A DNA stretch of 63,284 nt, counting the filler, from Eubacteriales bacterium (GTDB lineage: Bacteria; Bacillota; Clostridia; Oscillospirales; CAG-382), in NCBI GenBank assembly GCA_045636665.1. It is 9 parts of 9 records of this genome, joined end to end, with 100 filler letters (N's around TTAATTAATTAA, not from the genome) between each part and the next. Parts side by side here need not be neighbours in the genome. Positions count along the whole stretch, not along the records: positions 1 to 5,042 come from JAZTXY010000110.1; positions 5,143 to 11,057 come from JAZTXY010000111.1; 7 more parts are not named here. One strand, 5' to 3'. The notes beneath the pieces are model-generated. The model was not told the DNA's origin. It worked only from the letters and a program-made list of their open reading frames with translations, and made no database searches. Of the stretch, positions 1 through 9,600 are shown piece after piece. Each line of letters opens with the position of its first letter. Position 1 is the stretch's first letter. A program made the position numbers and the translations under genes.

Positions 1-967
1 TTATATCCATGTGTTGGGATTCAAGCGTTAAGGGATAGGATGTCAGAGTATCCTCCTGAACGGTGTTGATATATGTGGTCATACCCTGCGATACCGCAAA
101 GATAAGCGCGATACCGATAATACCGATACTGCCCGCAAAGCTTGTGAGCATCGTTCTGCCCTTTTTGGTAATGAGGTTTTTAAGCGAAAGACCGAACGAG
201 GTGCGCAACGACATCGAGGGCTTCTTCGCCTTCTTTTCGGCTTCCTTCTTGATTGCGTCGTTTTTCTTTTCCTTTTCCGCGTCTTCTTCGGTAAGAGGTG
301 CGCTGTCGGAAAGAATTTCGCCGTCAAGCATTTTTATAACGCGCGTTGCATAACGGTCTGCAAGCTCGGGGTTGTGGGTAACCATAATAACAAGTCGCTC
401 TTTTGCAACCTCTTTAAGGATATCCATAACCTGAAGACTCGTTTCGGAGTCCAAAGCGCCCGTCGGCTCGTCGGCAAGGATGATATCGGGATTGTTAACA
501 AGCGCTCTTGCAATAGCAACGCGTTGCAACTGTCCGCCCGACATTTCAGAGGGCTTTTTATAAAGCTGGTCGTGAAGTCCGACCTCCTCCAAGGCTTTCT
601 TTGCGCGTTTTCTTCTTTCGGATTTGGAAACGCCGCAAAGCGAAAGCGCCAATTCTACGTTTGAAAGCACCGTTTGGTGGGGAATAAGGTTATAGCTTTG
701 AAAAACAAAGCCGATGGAATGGTTACGGTATTTGTCCCAATCCGAATCCTTGTATTCCTTTGTCGACCTGCCGCTTATTACCAAATCGCCGCTGTCATAT
801 TTATCAAGACCGCCGACAACGTTAAGCAGCGTCGTTTTGCCGCATCCCGAAGGACCCAAAATAGCAACGAATTCGCTTTCGCGAAAATCGATGGAAATGC
901 CCTTAAGTGCCTCGGTTACCGTATCTCCCACGGTATAGGATTTTTTAATATCCCGTAGTTCGAGCAT
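1..967 (-). CDS. MacB-like ABC transporter, ATP-binding domain fused to permease (3' end runs off window)
   Basis: Not in ORF track. Manual translation from ATG at 967 (RBS GAGGAG): [14 protein letters not shown]...GPSGCGKTT (Walker A), [27 protein letters not shown], then permease start [22 protein letters not shown]. Confidence 0.92.
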   Translation of the reverse strand, partial: MLELRDIKKSYTVGDTVTEALKGISIDFRESEFVAILGPSGCGKTTLLNVVGGLDKYDSGDLVISGRSTKEYKDSDWDKYRNHSIGFVFQSYNLIPHQTVLSNVELALSLCGVSKSERRKRAKKALEEVGLHDQLYKKPSEMSGGQLQRVAIARALVNNPDIILADEPTGALDSETSLQVMDILKEVAKERLVIMVTHNPELADRYATRVIKMLDGEILSDSAPLTEEDAEKEKKNDAIKKEAEKKAKKPSMSLRTSFGLSLKNLITKKGRTMLTSFAGSIGIIGIALIFAVSQGMTTYINTVQEDTLTSYPLTLESQHMDI

Positions 968-1110
968 AGCTTCTCCTCATAAAGTTGAAATTTTTACATT
1001 TTAATAATAAAACATTCCCCGATTGTTTGTCAACAATAAAATAAATACAAATTGTAAATAATTACACATAAAAATTTGGAAATTATTCGATTTAACGCGT
1101 TTTATGACGA

Positions 1111-1152
1111 AACAATACCTCCGAAAAGCCGTGGCTCATCGGAGGTATTGTT
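1111..1152 (-). terminator. Stem-loop just downstream of alpha-mannosidase
   Basis: AACAATACCTCCGA...TCGGAGGTATTGTT inverted repeat next to stop at 1155. Confidence 0.65.
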
Positions 1153-1154
1153 CA

Positions 1155-4067
1155 TCAGATAAATTTTATTGTTTGTATTTCATAGGGTGTGAACGAAACG
1201 TTGCCGTCTATTTCGCAAATGACGTTTTCCATCAAATCGCAAATATACGCTTTCTTATCGCCGAACATTTCGTTCAACGAAATATTAACGTTTGCGTTTT
1301 TGCCTGCAAATTCGTAAGCGCGTACTATAACACCGCTTCCGTCCTCTGCAACCTTTACCCAGTCGATTGCGACGTTTTCGCCAACGCACTCAACAAAGGA
1401 TTTGTCAATCAGCGCTTTGTCAACGCTTCCGTCAAATGCCTTGGGCGGATCGTTAAGCGCATATCCTTCGGATGTCAGCGAGTTTACATAATCCTTGCCG
1501 TGTACGTAGAACGAATATGTAAACGAGTGAGTTCCCTTGTCGGCATCCTTGCCGGGGTACATACTGCTTCTTAACAGGTCGATATCAAGCACGCTGTTCC
1601 AAACTCTGTGACCGTATTTGCAATCGTTCATCAAAGCCGCGCCGTGTGTGCCGTCGAAAATATCGATCCACTTGTGAGCGCATATTTCCTTCTTTGCCGC
1701 CGCGAAGCTGTCGCGCTTGTGAGTAGGTCTTTTGATAACGCCGTATTGGATATCGCAATCGGCTTCGTCGCTTTGTGCCGCAAGCGGGAAGGCGGCGCGA
1801 AGCATTTGATGCGTTTCCTTCCAATCAACGTCGGTAACAAAGTCGATTTTTGCGCTGTCGGGATAAATTATCGCGGTTTGCGTTATCACGCTGTCGTTAA
1901 TGGTGTAAACGGGTTTTCTTTCGGCAATTCCGTTAACGATATTTGTCGAAACCTCTTTAACCTCAAGGCGTTTTTGGGGATTTACCGCGTAATCCGCAGG
2001 AACCTCCCACGCGTTAACGGTATCGGAATAAGCGGTCAAAATATTGCCTTCGCTTCGCAAATATTCAAATCCGTCTTCCTTGCCGATGACCGAGGAAATA
2101 CCGCCGTCGGGCGTGAAGATGACCTTTATCTTGCTGTTTTCAATGCAATCGCCGTTAACCGAAACACCGTCGCATTTGCAATCCTGCGCCAACGCAAAGC
2201 TCATCGGCTTTGCCTTTACGCGGTCGTATTTGTTGCCGTTTTTAACGTATCCGTCGAACGCAAAGGGCGACGGATTGAAATAGGTTCTTCCGTCTTTTTT
2301 ACTTGCCAAGGATTCAAAGGCGGATTGCTCGATGTCTTTGATGTCCTTTAAGATGCAAGCATATCGAACGTCGGTTTCGTCGTAAACGCGCTTTATCGAG
2401 CTACCGGGAATTATATCGTGGAACTGATAAAGCAAAACCTCTTTCCAAAGCTTTTCAAGCTCTGTATTGGGATAATTTTTCTTATTCAAAAGCGCGGAAA
2501 TGGTTGACATAATTTCTGCATCGTGGAAGCCGAACTCGCACTTTCTGTTGTATCGCTTATTGCGCGATTGAGTCGTGTAGGTGCCTTGATGCTTTTCAAG
2601 ATAAAGCTCTCCCTTGTAAGAGGGGAATTTTTCTTTATCCTTGTCAAGATCTCTGAAGAAATCGATCGCAAACGCCTGCTTTACCTTCGGAATGCCGATA
2701 AGGTCGTATTCGCGCTCTAATCTTTCAAGATGCTCCATACCGGGGCCGCCGCCGCCGTCGCCGATGCCGTAAAGCAGCATTGAACGGTTGTCTATTTCGC
2801 GCTCGCGGAATTTTTCTTCCGTGGTTATCATCGATTCTGCTCTTGCCGCGCTGTTGTAATTACCCTCGGGCGGCATATGAGTAAGAATATTCGAGCCGTC
2901 AAGACCGATCCAATTAAAGGTGCTGTGAGGGAAGAGGTTGACCGCATTCCAGCTCATTTTTATGGTAAGGAAGTATTTAACTCCGCTTTTTGCCATAATC
3001 TGAGGCAATTGCGCGGTATAACCGAATACGTCGGGAATCCAAAGAATCTCTTGCTCGTATCCGAATTCCTCCTTGAAAAACCTCTTGCCGTAAAGCATTT
3101 GACGGACAAGGCTTTCGCCCGAAGGTACGTTGGTATCGCTTTCGACCCAAAAACCGCCTTGAAGCTCAAGACGACCTTCGTTGTAAAGCTCTTTCATCTG
3201 TTTGTAAAGCTCGGGATGCTCGTCGCGCACCCATTCAAGCATTTGCGGCTGGCTGACGCCGAAAAGATAATTTTTATATCTTTCGCTGTGTCTTAAAACC
3301 GTTGCAAAGGTTCTTGCTGCCTTGCGCTTCGTTTCTCTTATCGGCCAAAGCCATGCAAGGTCGATATGTGCGTGACCGAGCGCGGTGATTTTAAAATCGC
3401 TTTCGCTCTTTTGCGAAAGAAATTCTTCGGTAATCCTTTTTGCGGACGCAATATCATCGGAACAAACGGAAATTGCCTTTTCGAAGCATTCCTTCGCGTT
3501 CTTTTTAAGCTCTTCATCCTTGGTAGCCTCGGCAAGATGCCAAATAACCTCAAGGTCGTAATAAAGGTCGCGCTTCGCGTTATCAACGGTCGCGATTTGC
3601 GCCTTGTGAAGCACGCCTATCTTATCAAGGGGACAATGCTCGTCCTCGCCGAAAAGGTCGTTTGCACCGCAATCAAGCCAAATATCGATATTGCCGCCGT
3701 TTAACATATCGTCATCGGGGTAAACGACAACCTTGCCGGGCATTCCCAAATGGAACGAGTAAAAGCTGTCTTTGTTGGTAATTCCTTTAAAAGGTACGCC
3801 GTTTTTATCGAAAACCAAGCCCTCGCCGCCAACGTCGAGCAAAAAGGCAATGTTTTGCAAATCAATGCCTTCGGGAATCTTGCCCTTCATTTCCATCCAA
3901 GCGCAATCCCAAAGCTTACCCCAGCGTTGACCCTCGGAAAGCTGCATAACCTTGCCGCTTTGACGGTTTTCATAGGTTACCGGCTCGTCGGTGATATAAG
4001 CGGTGACCTCGAATTTCGAAACGGGGGTATATATTTCATCAAAAAGCTTTTGCAATCTTTCGTCCAT
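1155..4067 (-). CDS. GH38 alpha-mannosidase (class II, 2C1-like)
   Basis: GHAHIDLAWLW, WIPDVFGY, YGIGDGGGGP, QFHDIIPGSSI motifs; 970 aa. Confidence 0.93.
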   Translation of the reverse strand: MDERLQKLFDEIYTPVSKFEVTAYITDEPVTYENRQSGKVMQLSEGQRWGKLWDCAWMEMKGKIPEGIDLQNIAFLLDVGGEGLVFDKNGVPFKGITNKDSFYSFHLGMPGKVVVYPDDDMLNGGNIDIWLDCGANDLFGEDEHCPLDKIGVLHKAQIATVDNAKRDLYYDLEVIWHLAEATKDEELKKNAKECFEKAISVCSDDIASAKRITEEFLSQKSESDFKITALGHAHIDLAWLWPIRETKRKAARTFATVLRHSERYKNYLFGVSQPQMLEWVRDEHPELYKQMKELYNEGRLELQGGFWVESDTNVPSGESLVRQMLYGKRFFKEEFGYEQEILWIPDVFGYTAQLPQIMAKSGVKYFLTIKMSWNAVNLFPHSTFNWIGLDGSNILTHMPPEGNYNSAARAESMITTEEKFREREIDNRSMLLYGIGDGGGGPGMEHLERLEREYDLIGIPKVKQAFAIDFFRDLDKDKEKFPSYKGELYLEKHQGTYTTQSRNKRYNRKCEFGFHDAEIMSTISALLNKKNYPNTELEKLWKEVLLYQFHDIIPGSSIKRVYDETDVRYACILKDIKDIEQSAFESLASKKDGRTYFNPSPFAFDGYVKNGNKYDRVKAKPMSFALAQDCKCDGVSVNGDCIENSKIKVIFTPDGGISSVIGKEDGFEYLRSEGNILTAYSDTVNAWEVPADYAVNPQKRLEVKEVSTNIVNGIAERKPVYTINDSVITQTAIIYPDSAKIDFVTDVDWKETHQMLRAAFPLAAQSDEADCDIQYGVIKRPTHKRDSFAAAKKEICAHKWIDIFDGTHGAALMNDCKYGHRVWNSVLDIDLLRSSMYPGKDADKGTHSFTYSFYVHGKDYVNSLTSEGYALNDPPKAFDGSVDKALIDKSFVECVGENVAIDWVKVAEDGSGVIVRAYEFAGKNANVNISLNEMFGDKKAYICDLMENVICEIDGNVSFTPYEIQTIKFI

Positions 4068-4078
4068 ATCGGTTTCCT

Positions 4079-5042
4079 TTATTTAGAAAGTAATTTTTTG
4101 CAATCCTCGGTGCAAGCGTCGATCTTGGCGTTTGCCTCGCCTTCGTTTTCGGCGCAGATGAGGATATATGCCTTGATTTTGGGTTCTGTGCCCGAAGGTC
4201 TTACAATAACCGCCGAACCGCCTTCAAGCTCGAAATAAAGCATATTGCTTTCGGGAAGACCTGTAGCGCCTTCGCTGCCGTCTGCGTATTTAATTACGCC
4301 GGTTGCATAATCGCGCTTAGCGGTAACCTTCATTCCGCCGATGGATTCAACGCTTGTTTTGCGGATATCCGCCATAATTTCGCCCATAAGGCCCATCGGG
4401 TCGATACCGCTTATCTTGACGTTGAGAACGCTTTCCTTATAAATGCCGTATTCGGCGTAGATATCTTGCAAAGCTTGGTAAACGGTTCTGCCCTCTGCAT
4501 AATGACGGCAAACCATTTCGGCGGTAAGCACGCTTGCGCCGATTGCATCTTTATCTCTTGCGTATCCCGCAGAAAGATAGCCTTGGCTTTCTTCGTAACC
4601 GAAAATAAAGGTGTTGCTTCCGTCAGCCGACCAAAGCTTTATCTTTTCGCCGATATATTTGAAGCCGGTGAGCACGCTGATGTGGCGCACGCCGTTCTTT
4701 TCGCAAATCGCATCAAAAAGGTTCGAGGAAACGACCGATTTGATAGCGCATGCGTTTTCGGGAAGGTTGCCGTTTTTCTTCCTTATTTTAATAATATGGT
4801 CGATAAGCAATGCCCCGATTTGGTTGCCGTTGAGCGCAAAGAATTCACCCTTGTCGTTTTTAATGGCAAGACCGATTCTGTCGGCATCGGGGTCGGTCGC
4901 GATAATTGCGCCGCAATCGATGCTTTCGGCATCGAGTATCTTGATAGCTTCTTCAAAGCATTCGCGGTTTTCGGGGTTGGGCGATGCAACGGTGGGGAAG
5001 TTGCCGTCGGGTATCATTTGGCTGTCAACCGTTATCAAATTG
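4079..5042 (-). CDS. Phosphoglucomutase/phosphomannomutase (5' truncated by contig end)
   Basis: TDPDADR metal-binding loop, FGYEESQG, VRPSGTEPKIK. Confidence 0.92.
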
Positions 5043-5142
5043 NNNNNNNNNNNNNNNNNNNNNNNNNNNNNNNNNNNNNNNNNNNNTTAATTAATTAANN
5101 NNNNNNNNNNNNNNNNNNNNNNNNNNNNNNNNNNNNNNNNNN
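5043..5142. other. Artificial contig linker
   Basis: N-run/TTAATTAATTAA/N-run with six-frame stops; identical linkers at 11058-11157, 33930-34029, 39017-39116, 42585-42684, 46302-46401, 58239-58338, 60494-60593. Confidence 0.99.
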
Positions 5143-5651
5143 TTCTGGTCCCACCAAGGATCGGTAAGGTTGATATTGGGAACCGAATTAAGGTCAACAA
5201 TATACTTGCCGGTTACAAGTGTGGGTGCTCTGCCGAGTGTATCGAACACGATATCGTATTCGTGAAGATCGGAGGTTACCTGATTCTTAACGGTGTCAAC
5301 AACGGTGGTAGATAATTTTCCGTTGATAACACAGTTGTAATTGGTTTCGATATAGTCAACGACGCGTTTTTTCGCTTCGTCAACCGCGGAGGGGTTTTCT
5401 TCATCATACATAACCTCACCGGTGTAGCCAAAGAGATACTGAAGGCCTGTAGCAAAGTCGTGACAAAGAATATTGATTTCTCTGCCGCCGAGATCTTTTA
5501 CCTCAATTTCAATATTCTGGCTTGTTTCGCCTGCATTCGACTGCTCGCCGTTTACCGACGAAGCAGAAGATGTGTCGGAGTCTTGCTCACACGCTGCGAA
5601 GCAAAAAACAACCATAGCAAACAACAATATAGTTGCGATTGTCTTTTTCAT
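5143..5651 (-). CDS. Extracellular solute-binding lipoprotein (3' truncated), paralog of 5950..7449
   Basis: Lipobox FAAC, Ser/Glu-rich linker, shares GYTGE.MY.EENPSAVDEAKK and PNINLTDPWWDQ with its neighbour. Confidence 0.85.
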
Positions 5652-5754
5652 AATAACACCTTTCGTAAGGGGGAGTGGAGCGACTTTTCACAATAAAAGC
5701 CGATTTTGTCTTGGGATGAGTCGTTTATCCCTCTGTTCGTTAAAATGCACTCCA

Positions 5755-5782
5755 GCGGTGTAACGCAAAAGTGTTACACCGC
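5755..5782. terminator. Intergenic stem-loop (terminator or RNA-stabilising hairpin)
   Basis: GCGGTGTAACGC-AAAA-GTGTTACACCGC. Confidence 0.55.
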
Positions 5783-5798
5783 CGTGTTTTCGTGTTTT

Positions 5799-5915
5799 TT
5801 ATTCCTTAGTTTGTACGTTTTGAATAAACGCTTCCATTTGCATTTCCGCAACGGAAATCATTGCTTCAAAACGCGAAGCAAGCGTACCGCCGTTCAAATC
5901 CATATATTGAAGCAA
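5799..5915 (-). pseudogene. Orphan C-terminal remnant of a third solute-binding protein paralog
   Basis: Translates to LLQYMDLNGGTLASRFEAMISVAEMQMEAFIQNVQTKE*, which aligns with the C-terminus QYTSLSQSDIASRFDRILSTAELAMESFVEKITAEQ* of 5950..7449. Confidence 0.7.
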
Positions 5916-5949
5916 CGCCTGTGCTTACTTTATTGAGCGTGTTTGTTGA

Positions 5950-7449
5950 TTATTGTTCTGCAGTAATCTTTTCAACAAAGCTTTCCATTGCGAGCTCAGC
6001 GGTGGAAAGAATTCTATCGAAACGGGATGCGATGTCGCTTTGGCTAAGGCTGGTGTATTGGTCGCGGATGCCGCCCCAGTTATATGCGTTTGCAATGTCA
6101 AAGGTACGGGTGGAGAAGATGAGGTCGAGCATTTCGCCGGATTCGTCATCGCGGGAATCGCGGTATTTAAGCTGAACGTCATAGTATGCGGGGGTAACGA
6201 GAAGCTTGGATTCTCTTGCGATCGCGGAAACGATAAGACCAACTTCTTCAACGTTGGTGGTACCTTCGGGGATAGACATACAAGAAGCGTTACCAACCGA
6301 AACGGTGTGATAATATCTGTCCTGAGTATCGTAGTACTTAGGAATGGGAAGGATACCGAATTCGTCTTCCATTACGCGGAAGGATGCCGAGTTGATAAGG
6401 CCGCACATGTAGAACAATTCTCTACCTTCGATAAATGCCTTGTGAACGGTTGCTTCCCAAACGTTGGTAAAGCCCTTGCCTTCATACTTGGGAGAGTTTG
6501 CAACCATAACGGTTTGTTCGTCATTGTAGAATTCGAGAACCTTACCGAGAATGGTATAAGTTGCTTCGGGTTCTTCGCTAACGGTAAGATAAGGAAGGTC
6601 GTTTTCGTCCTTCTTGGAGATCTTCTGACCTGCCGCGAGAAGGTGAACGTAGATGTTGTATTTTTCGGTACCGAACGCCCAAGTATCCTTTTCATCAAGT
6701 ATGCCGTCGCCGCTGGTATCGGAGGTGTAGCCTCTCTTACAAATTTCTACGAACTTATCGAATGTCCACTGATTATCGCGAACGAGTTGATAGAAGTCTT
6801 CTTCAATACCGAGCTTGGTCTTCAAGGTCTTGTTGAAGAGCATGCACCAAGTACCTTGGTCGTCATAGGTATTGATATCGCCGCAAGCAAAGTATACCTT
6901 GTTTGCAATGGAAAGGTCCTTAACAGCATTCTGGTCCCACCAAGGATCGGTAAGGTTGAGGTTGGGAATAGAATTGAGGTCGAGAAGTACTCCGTCGGGA
7001 ACCATTGCAGCAGCGGTGCTGATGGAGTCGAAAATAATATCGTAGTAGTGAAGACCGGAGGTTACCTGATTCTTAAGAGTTGTGGTGATCGAGATAGTGT
7101 TGGTCTTTTCACCGTTGATTTTACAGTTGTATTCGGATTCAATCTTGTCAACAACAAGCTTTTTAGCTTCGTCAACTGCAGAGGGATTTTCTTCGGCATA
7201 CATAATTTCACCGGTATAGCCGAGAATGGAAGCGGAGCCTGCACCCCAGTCCCAACAAAGAACGTTAAATTCTCTGCCGTTCATATCCTGAACTTCAACG
7301 TCAGGAAGCGAGGCTTCGGTATCGGTAGAGCCGGATACCGCATTGGAAACAACATCGGAAGTGTTGGAGGTATCACCGGATTCTTCACACGCCGCCATAA
7401 GAGGAACGAGCATAAGAAGCGCTATGATACACGCAAAAAGTTTTTTCAT
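5950..7449 (-). CDS. Extracellular solute-binding lipoprotein (sugar ABC SBP family 1-like)
   Basis: Lipobox MAAC, WTFDKF, FGILPIPKY, RDDESGEMLDLI motifs. Confidence 0.85.
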   Translation of the reverse strand: MKKLFACIIALLMLVPLMAACEESGDTSNTSDVVSNAVSGSTDTEASLPDVEVQDMNGREFNVLCWDWGAGSASILGYTGEIMYAEENPSAVDEAKKLVVDKIESEYNCKINGEKTNTISITTTLKNQVTSGLHYYDIIFDSISTAAAMVPDGVLLDLNSIPNLNLTDPWWDQNAVKDLSIANKVYFACGDINTYDDQGTWCMLFNKTLKTKLGIEEDFYQLVRDNQWTFDKFVEICKRGYTSDTSGDGILDEKDTWAFGTEKYNIYVHLLAAGQKISKKDENDLPYLTVSEEPEATYTILGKVLEFYNDEQTVMVANSPKYEGKGFTNVWEATVHKAFIEGRELFYMCGLINSASFRVMEDEFGILPIPKYYDTQDRYYHTVSVGNASCMSIPEGTTNVEEVGLIVSAIARESKLLVTPAYYDVQLKYRDSRDDESGEMLDLIFSTRTFDIANAYNWGGIRDQYTSLSQSDIASRFDRILSTAELAMESFVEKITAEQ

Positions 7450-7495
7450 AACAATTTCCTTTCTGATTGTAAATCTATTAAATATTTCTATTTAA

Positions 7496-8590
7496 TCAAA
7501 CGTTAAAACGGAACAGTACGACGTCGCCGTCGTTCATAACGTATTCCTTGCCTTCGCTTCTGACAAGGCCTGCTTCCTTACATGCGGCAAGCGAGCCCTT
7601 TTCGATAAGCGATTCATAAGCCACAACCTCTGCACGGATAAATCCGCGTTCGAAGTCCGTATGGATTTTTCCCGCCGCGCCGGGGGCTTTCGTTCCTTTT
7701 TTAATAGTCCAAGCGCGAACCTCGGGTTCGCCTGCGGTGAGGAACGAAATCAGTCCGAGCAAAGCATAAGAAGCGGTGATAAGCTTGTCCAATCCGGTTT
7801 CGCTTACGCCGAGATCTTCAAGATATGCCTGCTGTTCTTCTTCATCAAGATCGCCGAGCGCCGCCTCTGTTTCGGCACATACCGAAATTATTTCGGCATC
7901 CTCGCCCTCGATTGCCTTTTTAAGAGCATTGAAGTATTGATTTTCCTCGTCGGGACGGCCAAGGTCATCCTCCGACACGTTCGCACAATAGATTACCGGC
8001 TTACCCGAAAGAAGGGGAACGGTTTTAAGCAATTCGGCTTCGCTTTCGCTAAGCGAAACGTTTCTTGCGCAAACGCCCTTGGTAAGTTCAGCGCAAACTC
8101 TTTTAAGCACCTCCGCATCGGCAAGCGCGCTTTTATCGCCCTTTCCTTGCTTTGTAAGCTTATCGATTTGTCTTTCGAGCATTTCAATATCCGAAAGAAT
8201 AAGCTCGGTATTTATCGTTTCAACGTCACGCGCAGGATCGACAGAATCCTCAACGTGAATGATTTTGCTTCCGCCGAAGCATCGAACAACATGAACGATA
8301 GCATCGACCTCACGGATGTGAGAAAGGAATTTGTTTCCAAGACCTTCGCCGTTTGCCGCGCCCTTTACAAGTCCCGCGATGTCCACAAATTCAACGGTAG
8401 CGTGGGTCACCTTTTTGGGGTTGTACAGTTCAGCCAAACGGTCAAGCCGTTCATCGGGCACGGGAACGATACCGACGTTGGGATCGATAGTGCAAAACGC
8501 ATAGTTCGCACTTTCTGCGCCTGCCTTTGTCAACGCGTTGAAAAGTGTGCTTTTGCCGACGTTGGGCAGACCGACTATTCCAAGTTTCAT
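7496..8590 (-). CDS. ychF: Redox-regulated ribosome-binding ATPase YchF
   Basis: GIVGLPNVGKSTLFN, DIAGLVKGA..GEGLGNKFL, C-terminal EGKEYVMNDGDVVLFRFNV. Confidence 0.97.
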   Translation of the reverse strand: MKLGIVGLPNVGKSTLFNALTKAGAESANYAFCTIDPNVGIVPVPDERLDRLAELYNPKKVTHATVEFVDIAGLVKGAANGEGLGNKFLSHIREVDAIVHVVRCFGGSKIIHVEDSVDPARDVETINTELILSDIEMLERQIDKLTKQGKGDKSALADAEVLKRVCAELTKGVCARNVSLSESEAELLKTVPLLSGKPVIYCANVSEDDLGRPDEENQYFNALKKAIEGEDAEIISVCAETEAALGDLDEEEQQAYLEDLGVSETGLDKLITASYALLGLISFLTAGEPEVRAWTIKKGTKAPGAAGKIHTDFERGFIRAEVVAYESLIEKGSLAACKEAGLVRSEGKEYVMNDGDVVLFRFNV

Positions 8591-8832
8591 ATGTAACTGT
8601 TTCTCCTCTGAATAACGCTTTTAGGGCATTATTTATACAAGATAGTATACTACATTTGTTTGTATTATGCAATATGTAATTTTATGTAATATTTTTAAGC
8701 TCTAATAATTTAACAAAAGTTTACATCTGTTTTTCGAAACCGCCTTGTCAATCGGGGATTTTTGTGGTATATGTAAGTTGAAAATGATATTTTTGTTAAA
8801 TTTATATTTGTTAATCATAAGGAGAATTTGCT

Positions 8833-9525
8833 ATGACAACCAAAATATTGGTCATTGACGACGATATAAACATCTGCGACCTGTTGCGTATGTACCTTGA
8901 AAAAGAAGGTTATGAGGTACGCACCGCCAACGACGGCGTTGAAGCGATGACTATCTTCCGTATGTACGAACCCGATTTGGTGTTGCTCGATATCATGCTC
9001 CCGAAAAAGGACGGCTGGCAGATTTGCCGTGAAATCCGCGAACAATCCTCCAAGCCGATTATTATGATTTCCGCAAAGGGCGAAACGATCGACAAGGTTT
9101 TGGGTCTTGAGCTTGGCGCCGACGACTATATTGTTAAGCCCTTGGATATGAAAGAGGTTTTCGCGCGTATCAAAGCGGTGCTTCGCCGTTACGCAAAGCA
9201 CGATTCTGCCGACGGCGAGCTTATCAAGTTCGATAATCTTGAAATCTCGCTTCGTAAGTACGAGCTTAAAATCCGCGGAAAAGCGATCGACCTCCCTCCC
9301 AGAGAATTAGAGCTTATCTACTTCCTCGCTTCCAACTACAACCGCGTTTTCACCCGCGATCAATTGCTTGATAAGGTTTGGGGCTTCGATTATCTCGGCG
9401 ATAGCCGTACGGTTGACGTTCACATTAAGCGTCTCCGCGAAAAGCTCGAAAACGCATCCGAGGCTTGGAGCCTTAAAACCATTTGGGGTGTCGGATACAA
9501 ATTCGAAGTTAACAACGAAAATTAA
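8833..9525 (+). CDS. OmpR/PhoB-family response regulator (no adjacent kinase)
   Basis: REC domain IDDD..LLDIMLP..GADDYIVKP plus winged helix DSRTVDVHIKRLREK, TIWGVGYKF. Confidence 0.95.
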   Translation: MTTKILVIDDDINICDLLRMYLEKEGYEVRTANDGVEAMTIFRMYEPDLVLLDIMLPKKDGWQICREIREQSSKPIIMISAKGETIDKVLGLELGADDYIVKPLDMKEVFARIKAVLRRYAKHDSADGELIKFDNLEISLRKYELKIRGKAIDLPPRELELIYFLASNYNRVFTRDQLLDKVWGFDYLGDSRTVDVHIKRLREKLENASEAWSLKTIWGVGYKFEVNNEN

Positions 9526-9557
9526 TCTTCTTCATTTTAATAGCTTCCTTTTATGAC

Positions 9558-9593
9558 AAAAAGAACTCCCGACGATTCGGGAGTTCTTTTTTT
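9558..9593. terminator. Bidirectional intrinsic terminator
   Basis: AAAAAGAACTCCCGA-CGAT-TCGGGAGTTCTTTTT between convergent genes. Confidence 0.85.
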
Positions 9594-9600
9594 ATCATTT

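Noticed and set aside
5953..7506. 517-aa plus-strand ORF
   Set aside because: Antisense shadow of the SBP gene; no RBS or motifs
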